DNA of 64,000 bases from assembly GCF_030144855.1 (NCBI RefSeq), contig NW_026781003.1, positions 434,001 to 498,000 of the forward strand, read 5' to 3'. The position numbers and the translations under genes were made by a program. Shown here in pieces: positions 55,980 to 64,000 of the stretch (its first letter is position 1; each line of letters begins with the position of its first letter). The notes under the pieces were generated by a model. The model had not been told where the DNA came from. It did not search any database and was given only the letters and a program-made list of their open reading frames with translations. This DNA is from Hypanus sabinus (taxonomy: Eukaryota).

Positions 55980-58100
55980 GCGGTGTGGAGGGAGATTCAC
56001 TCTGTGTCTGACCCCGGGAGTGTGTGATGGGACGGTGTGGAGGGAGAGTCACTCTGTGTCTGACCCTGGGAGAGTGTGATGGGACGGTGTGGCATGCGAT
56101 TCACTCTCTTTCTGACCCCGGGAGTGTGTGATGGGACGGTGTGGAGGGAGAGTCACTCTGTGTCTGACCCTGGGAGAGTGTGATGGGACGGTGTGGCATG
56201 CGATTCACTCTCTTTCTGACCCCGGGAGTGTGTGATGGGAAGGTGCGGAGGGAGATTCACCGTGTCTGACCCCGGGAGAGTGTGATGGGACGGTGTGGAG
56301 GGAGATTCACTGTGTGTCTGACCCCGGGAGTGTGTGATGGGACGGTGTGGAGGGAGTTTCACTCTGTGTCTGACCCCGGGAGTGTGTGATGGGATGGTGT
56401 GGAGGGAGATTCACTCTGTATCTGACCCTGGCAGAGTGTGATGGGACAGTGTGGAGGGAGATTCACTCTGTGTCTGACCCCGGGAGTGTGTGATGGGTCG
56501 GTGTGGAGGGAGATTCACTCTGTGTCTGACCCCGGGAGTCTGTGATGGGACGGTGTGGAGGGAGATTCACTCTGTGTCTGACCCCGGGAGTGTGTGATGG
56601 GTCGGTGTGGAGGGAGATTCACTCTGTGTCTGACCCCGGGAATGTGTGATGGAACGGTGTGGCATGAGATTCACTCTGTTTCTGACCCCGGGAGTGTGTG
56701 AAGGGACGGTGTGGAGGGAGATTCCCTCTGTGTCTGACCCAGGGAGTGTGTGATAGGACGGTGTGGAGGGAGATTCACTCTGTGTCTGACCCCGGGAGTG
56801 TGTGATGGGACAGTGTGGAGGGAGATTCACTCTGTGTCTGACCCCGGGAGAGTGTGATGGGACGGAGTGGAGGGAGATTCACTCTGTGTCTGACCCCGGG
56901 AGAGTGTGATGGGACGGTGTGGAGGGAGATTCACTCTGTGTCTGACCCCGGGAGTGTGTGATGGGACGGTGTGGAGGGAGATTCACTCTGTGTCTGACCC
57001 CGGGAGTGTGTGATGGGACGGTGTGGAGGTAGATTCACTCTGTGTCTGACCCCGGGAGTGTGTGATGAGACGGTGTGGAGGGAGGTTCACTCTGTGTCTG
57101 ACCCCGGGAGTGTGTGATGGGACGGTGTGGAGGGAGGTTCACTCTGTGTCTGACCCCGGGAGTGTGTGAAGGGACGGTGTGGAGGGAGATTCCCTCTGTG
57201 TCTGACCCAGGGAGTGTGTGATAGGACGGTGTGGAGGGAGATTCACTCTGTGTCTGACCCCGGTGATGGGACAGTGTGGAGGGAGATTCACTCTGTGTCT
57301 GACCCCGGGAGAGTGTGATGGGACGGAGTGGAGGGAGATTCACTCTGTGTCTGACCCCGGGAGAGTGTGATGGGACGGTGTGGAGGGAGATTCACTCTGT
57401 GTCTGACCCCGGGAGTGTGTGATGGGACGGTGTGGAGGGAGATTCACTCTGTGTCTGACCCCGGGAGTGTGTGATGGGACGGTGTGGAGGTAGATTCACT
57501 CTGTGTCTGACCCCGGGAGTGTGTGATGAGACGGTGTGGAGGGAGGTTCACTCTGTGTCTGACCCCGGGAGTGTGTGATGGGACGGTGTGGAGGGAGGTT
57601 CACTCTGTGTCTGACCCCGGGAGAGTGTGATGGGACGGAGTGCAGGGAGATTCACTCTGTGTCTGACCCCGGGAGTGTGTGATGGGACGGTGTGGAGGGA
57701 GATTCACTCTGTGTCTGACCCCGGGAGTGTGTGATGGGACGGTGTGGAGGGAGATTCACTCTGTGTCTGACCCCGGGAGAGTGTGATGGGACGGTGTGAA
57801 GGGAGATTCACTCTGTGTCTGACCCCGGGAGTGTGTGATGGGACAGTGTGGAGGGAGATTCACTCTGTTTCTGACCCCGGGAGTGTGTGAAGGGACGGTG
57901 TGGAGGGAGATTCACTCTGTGTCTGACCCCGGGAGTGTGTGATGGGACGGTGTGGAGGGAGATTCACTCTGTGTCTGACCCCAGGAGTGTGAGATGGGAC
58001 GTTGTGGAGGGAGATTCACTCTGTCTGAACCTGGGAACGTGTGATGTGACAGTGTGGAGGGAGAGTCACTCTGTGTCTGACCCCGGGAGGGGGTGATGGG
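55980..58100. repeat. 52-bp minisatellite (~40 units), consensus CGGTGTGGAGGGAGATTCACTCTGTGTCTGACCCCGGGAGTGTGTGATGGGA
   Basis: Unit starts at 55981 and 56033; highly homogeneous throughout. Confidence 0.97.
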
Positions 58101-58151
58101 AGGGTGAGGAGGGAGGTAGGTCTGCCCCTAACCTTTCTCCCTGCTGCTCAG

Positions 58152-58277
58152 GAAGAGTGTGGGCGTGTTTGATCTGCCCGAATTCGAATGGGACTTCCTG
58201 TTTCAGAGACAGGCAGACCGAGAGTAGGTGAGAGTCGGGGCAGAAGTGACATCTCGAACGGCTGTAGTGATGGACAG
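58152..58277 (+). other. Candidate spliced exon (126 nt) of an unidentified gene, possibly 5'UTR plus start codon
   Basis: Unique sequence between repeats. Branch-point-like CCCTAAC at 58126-58132, a pyrimidine tract and CAG|G acceptor at 58149-58152, and a strong donor CAG|GTAAGG at 58278. All three frames contain a stop, but ATG 58188 is open to the donor and ATG 58270 has a good Kozak context. A minus-strand 65-nt alternative (58197-58133) also exists. Confidence 0.4.
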
Positions 58278-58520
58278 GTAAGGGTTAACTGGGAAATCCA
58301 GCCGGACGGCGGCGACGATCGGCCCGTTTGGAGATGCCCTGGATATCATCCAGGCCTCAACACCCGTCCTTCACTTAAAACTAACCTGGTGGTGGGGTGG
58401 GGGGTTATTGTTAAACAAGCAAGGGGAGGGGAAAGGCAGAGGGAGATTTTCCCCCACTGCCTCCTGTCTTTCTGACAGTCCTTCACAAAGATTCTTGCCT
58501 GTGGCAAGGGGGGGGGGGGT

Positions 58521-58970
58521 CCCCATCACCCCTGTTACAGGGGTCTCTCCCCATTACCCCCTTTACAGCGGGACTCTGTCCCCATCATTCCTGTTACAGA
58601 GGGAGTCTCTCTCCCCCCATTACCCCTGTTTTTGAGGGTCTCTCCCCATTTCAGAGGGCCTCTCCCCTATTACCCCCGTCACAGTCTCTCTCCCCATTAA
58701 CCCTGTTATAGAGGGGGTCTCTCCCCATTACCCCCGTTACAGAGGGTCTCCCCCCCATTAACCCTGTTATAGAGGGTGTCTCTCCCCATTACCCCAGTCA
58801 CAGAGCGAGCCTCTCCCCCGTTATCTCTGTCACACTCTCCCCGCTACCCCCGTTACACAGGGAATCTCTCCCCATTACAGTGGGAGTCTCTCCCCGTTAC
58901 CCCCGTCACAGAGGGTCTCTCCCCTTTACCCCTGTTACAGAGGGAGCCTCTCCCCTAATACCCGTGTTAC
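58521..58970. repeat. ~30-32-bp minisatellite, approx. CCCCATTACCCCTGTTACAGAGGGTCTCTC
   Basis: CCCCATTACCCC..TTACAGAGGG.TCTC is repeated roughly 14 times with variants. Confidence 0.85.
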
Positions 58971-59019
58971 CGAGGTCCTCGCTCCCCTGTTAAGGGGAGC
59001 ATCGTCCCTGCGAGGGGAG

Positions 59020-59650
59020 CCCCGTCACCACCCCTTCCCACAGCGGGGAACTCCCTCTTCACTGCCCCTCCGTAGAACTGAGGTCCCAGCTCTCCGATAC
59101 TCCCTACCTGCTCTGTCCGGTGAGATCCCTCAGTGGCCTCTCCAACGGCAAGGAGCCGCCCTTCCCACAGTGCACAGAGATCCCTCACACACCATCCCAG
59201 AGCAGGGTGCTCCCTCGGCTCCCGTTCCACAAGCGGGGAGATCCATCATCACCGCCCTCTCATATACGGGCGCTCCCCCACCACCCACAGCGAGTCGCTC
59301 CCTCATTACCATTCTCACAACGGGGCGCTCCCTCATTGTCATTCTCGCAACGGGTCGCTCCCTCTATATCATTCCCACAACGGGGTGCTCCCTCACTGCC
59401 TCTCCCACAGCGGGGAGAGCTACCGTCCCGTGCTCCGTTCCCGGCGAGGCGCTCCCTCACTACCTCCCCTCTGGAATGCTCCTTCATCACCCAAGTCGCA
59501 ACGCGGAGCTCCCTCGCCAGCTGTCCCACAGAGGGATACTCCCCTCCTCACTGCCCCACCCTCAGTGAGAATAGTCGCTCGCAGCCCATCTTTACAAGCG
59601 GGGAGCTCCCTCCTCACTGCCGCTCCCACTGTGGGGAGTTTCAGCTCCAA
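59020..59650. repeat. Degenerate ~30-35-bp repeat, approx. CTCCCTCATTACCATTCTCACAACGGGGCG
   Basis: Best seen at 59297-59420 with ~30-bp spacing. CCCACAGCGGGGAG-like words recur. Confidence 0.65.
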
Positions 59651-59694
59651 CTCTCCCTTACGGTGCAGATACCACGCCAACCCGCCCCGCGGCG

Positions 59695-60075
59695 CGAAGC
59701 TCCCTCCTTTACCACCTTACCGCTCCCTCGTCTCGGCGCCCCCTGGAGGAGGTAGGGTGCATTGCAGCGAGTACTGCCCGTGAGTGAGTTTGTGCCTCCG
59801 ATACCTCGCCACCCCTCCACAGCGAGAAGCTCCCTCCTCACCACCTTACCGGCAGCCGGGAGCTCCCTCGTCTCGGCGCCCCCCTAGAGGAGGTAGGGTG
59901 CATTGCAGCGAGTACTGCCCGTGAGTGAGTTTGTGCCTCCGATACCTCGCCACCCCTCCACAGCGCGAAGCTCCCTCCTCACCACCTTACCGGCAGCCGA
60001 GAGCTCCCTCGTCACGGCGCCCCCCCTAGAGGAGGTAGGGTGCATTGCAAGCGAGTACTGCCCGTGAGTGAGTGT
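59695..60075. repeat. ~141-bp tandem repeat, about 3 copies visible, continuing into the gap (unit fragment resumes at 60447)
   Basis: GAGGAGGTAGGGTGCATTGCAGCGAGTACTGCCCGTGAG starts at 59746, 59887 and 60029. CTCGCCACCCCTCCAC follows the gap. Confidence 0.9.
59735..59766 (-). promoter_or_regulatory. Putative CTCF binding site (core plus upstream motif); variant copies at ~59875-59906 and ~60016-60049
   Basis: The minus strand reads TGCAATGCACCCTACCT-CCTCCAGGGGGCGCC. The core matches the CTCF consensus CCACCAGGGGGCGC at 13 of 14 positions, with a TGCA(A)T upstream element. Confidence 0.55.
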
Positions 60076-60446
60076 NNNNNNNNNNNNNNNNNNNNNNNNN
60101 NNNNNNNNNNNNNNNNNNNNNNNNNNNNNNNNNNNNNNNNNNNNNNNNNNNNNNNNNNNNNNNNNNNNNNNNNNNNNNNNNNNNNNNNNNNNNNNNNNNN
60201 NNNNNNNNNNNNNNNNNNNNNNNNNNNNNNNNNNNNNNNNNNNNNNNNNNNNNNNNNNNNNNNNNNNNNNNNNNNNNNNNNNNNNNNNNNNNNNNNNNNN
60301 NNNNNNNNNNNNNNNNNNNNNNNNNNNNNNNNNNNNNNNNNNNNNNNNNNNNNNNNNNNNNNNNNNNNNNNNNNNNNNNNNNNNNNNNNNNNNNNNNNNN
60401 NNNNNNNNNNNNNNNNNNNNNNNNNNNNNNNNNNNNNNNNNNNNNN
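60076..60446. other. Assembly gap (371 N)
   Basis: Run of N. Confidence 1.
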
Positions 60447-60910
60447 CTCGCCACCCCTCCACTGCCGGAGTTCCCTTGTCACGCCCCTGAATAACGCCCC
60501 CTCGGGCACGTTGCACGCCTATCAGAAACACGCAACCCCCACCCCCGACGCTGGAGGGCAGTGTGTGTGTGTGATTGTGTAACGTTGGGGTGGGAGTGAA
60601 TCAAAGCGAGAGACAGCGTGTGGAAAAGAAGATCGGGGAAGAAAGCTGACGGGGGTGAGAGAGACTGCGAGAGAGGGCAGTGAAAGAGGGAGAGAGAGGG
60701 TGAGTGTGCGTGTGTGAAGGGAGAGTCTGTGTGTTTATGGGACGGGGCAGTTCAGGGGAAGTCTCTCTCTGTGATGGGACGGGACAATGTAGTGGAGGAG
60801 CGCGCGTGTGTGTGTGTGTGTGTGGTTCAATGAGCATTCGTATCTGTGCTCCCCATCTCCCTCTCACTCCCATTCTGCCCCCCCCACCCTAACCCTGCCC
60901 CACTCTTGAC

Positions 60911-61994
60911 TAGACAGAGTGGACGTGGAGACGATGTTTCCTGTAGTGGGGAAGTCTAGGACCAGAAGACACAGATAGAGTGGATATGGAGAGGATGTTT
61001 CCTATGGTGGGGGGAGTCTAGGAACCAGAGAACACAGATAGAGTGGATGTGGAGAGGATGTATCCTATAGTGGGGGAGTCGAGGACCAGACGACACAGAT
61101 AGAGTGGATGTGGAGAGGATGTTTCCTGTAGTAGGGGAGTCTAGGACCACAGGACACAGATAGAGTGGATGTGGAGAGGATGTTTCCTATGGTGGGGGGA
61201 GTCTAGGACCAGAGCACACAGATAGAGTGGATGTGGAGAGGATGTTTCCTATAGTAGGGGAGTCTAGGACCCCAGGAGACAGATAGAGTGGATGTTGAGA
61301 GGATGTTTCCTATAGTGGGGGAGTCTAGGACACAGATAGAGTGGATGTGGAGAGGATGTTTCCTATGGTGGGGGGAGTCTAGGACCAGAGGACACAGATA
61401 GAGTGGATGTTTCCAATAGTGGGGGAGTCTAGGACCACAGGACACAGATAGAGTGGATGTGGAGAGGATGTTTCCTGTAGTGGGGGAGTCTAGGACCAGA
61501 GGACACAGATAGAGTGGATGTGGAGAGGATGTTTCCTGTAGTGGGGGAGTCTAGGACCAGAGGACACAGATAGAGTGGATGTGGAGAGGATGTTTCCTGT
61601 AGTGGGGGGAGTCTAGGACCAGAGGACACAGATAGAGTGGATGTGGAGAGGATGTTTCCTGTAGTGGGGGAGTCTAGGACCAGAGGACACAGATAGAGTG
61701 GATGTGGAGAGGATGTTTCCTGTAGTGGGGGAGTCTAGGACCAGAGGACACAGATAGAGTGGATGTGGAGAGGATGTTTCCTGTAGTGGGGGAGTCTAGG
61801 ACCAGAGGACACAGATAGAGTGGATGTGGAGAGGATGTTTCCTATACTGGGGAGTCTAGGACCAGAGGACACAGATAGAGTGGATGTGGAGAGGATGTTT
61901 CCTATAGTGGGGGAGTCTAGGACCAGAGGACACAGATAGAATGGATGTGGAGAGGATGTTTCCTATAGTGGGGGAGTCCAGGACCAGAGGGCAC
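60911..61994 (+). repeat. 61-bp minisatellite (~18 units) derived from CR1 LINE ORF2; unit GATAGAGTGGATGTGGAGAGGATGTTTCCTGTAGTGGGGGAGTCTAGGACCAGAGGACACA
   Basis: 61-bp period (61681/61742). The unit encodes DRVDVERMFP(I/V)VGESRTRGH and aligns with the single-copy CR1 fragment at ~55809-55865. Confidence 0.92.
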
Positions 61995-62040
61995 GGCCTC
62001 AGAAAAGAGGGAGGTGAATCTGTGGAATTCTCTGCCACGG
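61995..62040 (+). mobile_element. Continuation of the CR1 fragment after the last 61-bp unit, with an internal deletion
   Basis: GGCCTCAGAAAAGAGGG...GTGAATCTGTGGAATTCTCTGCCACGG parallels 55863-55878 and 55927-55954 of the other CR1 copy (VNLWNSLP). Confidence 0.8.
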
Positions 62041-62149
62041 ACACCAGGGAGTCCATTCAGGAGAGAGCTTGGAATGTTCTTGTTTTGCTGGGGTTCAAAG
62101 GTAACCAGGAGTGGTCAGGAAGACGGGATTCATTGGGACAACACATCAG

Positions 62150-62225
62150 CCAAAGCTCAAAGTAAATTTATTATCAAACGACATACATGTCACCAGGTAG
62201 AACCCAGCGATTCAATTCCTCAAGG
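62150..62225 (-). mobile_element. Possible 3' tail remnant of a retroposon in reverse orientation
   Basis: CAAAGCTCAAAGTAAATTTATTATCAAA.. reads on the minus strand as an AT-rich ATAATAAATTTACTTTGAGCTTTG end with a short (CTTTG)-like tandem tail. The family assignment is from recollection only. Confidence 0.3.
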
Positions 62226-62328
62226 GTAATCACACTGAACACATGAAAGAACAGTGTCTTTGAAGGATGAGTCGGACCACAGAGAGGGGATACGACCCAG
62301 TACCATGATCACTGAGCACATCTGCCAT

Positions 62329-64000
62329 CGCATCATCGGGGACGCAGGACATGCTGAAAGTACAGGAGCCTCAGGACCAACACCACCAGGTTCAGTGACA
62401 GTTATCACCCCTCAACCATCAGGAAGGAGGTACAGGAGCCTCAGGACCCACACCACCAGGTTCAGGGACAGTTATCACCCCTCAACCATCAGGAAGGAGG
62501 TACAGGAGCCTCAGGACCGACACCACCAGGTTCAGGGACAGTTATTACCCCTCAACCATCAGGAAGGAGGTACAGGAGCCTCAGGACCCACACCACCAGG
62601 TTCAGGGACAGTTATCACCCCTCAACCATCAGGAAGGAGGTACAGGAGCCTCAGGACCCACACCACCAGGTTCAGGGACAGTTATTACCCCTCAACCATC
62701 AGGAAGGAGGTACAGGAGCCTCAGGACCCACACCACCAGGTTCAGGGACAGTGAGCACCCCTCAACCATCAGGAAGGAGGTACAGGAGCCTCAGGACCCA
62801 CACCACCAGGTTCAGGGACAGTTATCACCCCTCAACCATCTGGAAGGAGGTACAGGAGCCTCAGAACCCACACCACCAGGTTCAGGGACAGTTACCACCC
62901 CTCAACCATCAGGAAGGAGGTACAGGAGCCGCAGGACCCACACCACCAAGTTCAGGGACAGTTATTACCCCTCAACCATCTGGAAGGAGGTACAGGAGCC
63001 TCAGCACCAGGTTCAGGGACAGTTATCACCCCTCAACCATCAGGAAGGAGGTACAGGAGCCTCAGGACCCACACCACCAGGTTCAGGGACAGTTATCACC
63101 CCTCAACCATCAGGAAGGAGGTACAGGAGCCTCAGGACCCACACCACCAGGTTCAGGGACAGTTATCACCCCTCAACCATCAGGAAGGAGGTACAGGAGC
63201 CTCAGGACCCACACCACCAGGTTCAGGGACAGTGATCACCCCTCAACCATCAGGAAGGAGGTACAGGAGCCTCAGGACCCACACCACCAGGTTCAGGGAC
63301 AGTTATTACCCCTCAACCATCAGGAAGGAGGTACAGGAGCCTCAGGACCCACACCATCAGGTTCAGGGACAGTTATCACCCCTCAACCATCAGGAAGGAG
63401 GTACAGGAGCCTCAGGACCCACACCACCAGGTTCAGGGACAGTTATTACCCCTCAACCATCAGGAAGGAGGTACAGGAGCCTCAGCACCCACACCACCAG
63501 GTTCAGGGACAGTGATCACCCCTCAACCATCAGGAAGGAGGTACAGGAGCCTCAGGACCCACACCACCAGGTTCAGGGACAGTTATTACCCCTCAACCAT
63601 CTGGAAGGAGGTACAGGAGCCTCAGGACCCACCCCACCAGGTTCAGGGACAGTTATCACCCCTCAACCATCAGGAAGGAGGTACAGGAGCCTCAGGACCC
63701 ACACCACCAGGTTCAGGGACAGTTATCACCCCTCAACCATCTGGAAGGAGGTACAGGAGCCTCAGGACCAGGTTCAGGGACAGTTATCACCCCTCAACCA
63801 TCAGGAAGGAGGTACAGGAGCCTCAGGACCCACACCACCAGGTTCAGGGACAGTTATCACCCCTCAACCATCAGGAAGGAGGTACAGGAGCCTCAGGACC
63901 CACACCACCAGGTTCAGGGACAGTTATCACCCCTCAACCATCAGGAAGGAGGTACAGGAGCCTCAGGACACACACCACCAGATTCAGGGACAGTTATCAC
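62329..64000 (+). repeat. 70-bp minisatellite (~23 units, runs off the right edge) derived from the C-terminal coding end of a Rex1/Babar-type LINE
   Basis: 70-bp period (63061/63131); unit CAGGAAGGAGGTACAGGAGCCTCAGGACCCACACCACCAGGTTCAGGGACAGTTATTACCCCTCAACCAT. One frame gives PSGRRYRSLRTHTTRFRDSYYPSTIR, resembling the LPSGRRYRS..TTR..NSFFP.AIR motif at the end of Rex/Babar-type ORFs. A degenerate lead-in CATCATCGGGGAC..GGACATGCT lies at 62329-62357. Confidence 0.8.

Noticed and set aside
55513-56079. Intact or active reverse transcriptase gene
   Set aside because: Only the post-RT C-terminal region is present, with two frameshifts and substitutions at conserved residues. It is truncated at both ends.
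58154-58227. RVWACLICPNSNGTSC as a RanBP2-type zinc finger
   Set aside because: W-x-C-x2-C-x3-N fits, but the required x6-C-x2-C second half is absent.
60560-60660. Extra exon candidates on either strand near 60.6 kb
   Set aside because: Each candidate has only one plausible splice site; the other is weak or lies within simple repeats.
62254-63515. ORFs 62254-62754 and 62751-63515 as a repeat protein gene
   Set aside because: The 70-codon periodicity is three 70-bp units read through rotating frames of a LINE remnant.

Overview
Vertebrate genomic DNA, probably from a cartilaginous fish (inferred from the CR1-type and Rex/Babar-type LINE remnants), made almost entirely of tandem repeats. In order: a degenerate ~45-bp C/T-rich minisatellite (1-15.3 kb); a ~37.5-kb array of a ~64-bp G-rich monomer with an embedded (CA)n tract and kb-scale higher-order duplications (15.3-52.8 kb); a ~330-bp CpG island; TC- and GA-rich repeats around a gap; a frameshifted CR1 ORF2 3' fragment; a 52-bp minisatellite; a short unique island with good splice signals (candidate exon 58152-58277); ~30-bp minisatellites; a ~141-bp tandem repeat carrying a CTCF core plus upstream motif; a second gap; and two minisatellites (61 bp and 70 bp) that are tandemly amplified pieces of LINE coding sequence. 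No intact protein-coding gene is supported. The very long ORFs in the track are artefacts of stop-free repeat units. I find no evidence for a new multi-gene system; the best leads are the tandem CTCF sites, the LINE-seeded minisatellites, the layered higher-order structure of the 64-bp array, and a possible gene start (CpG island plus exon) hidden among the repeats.
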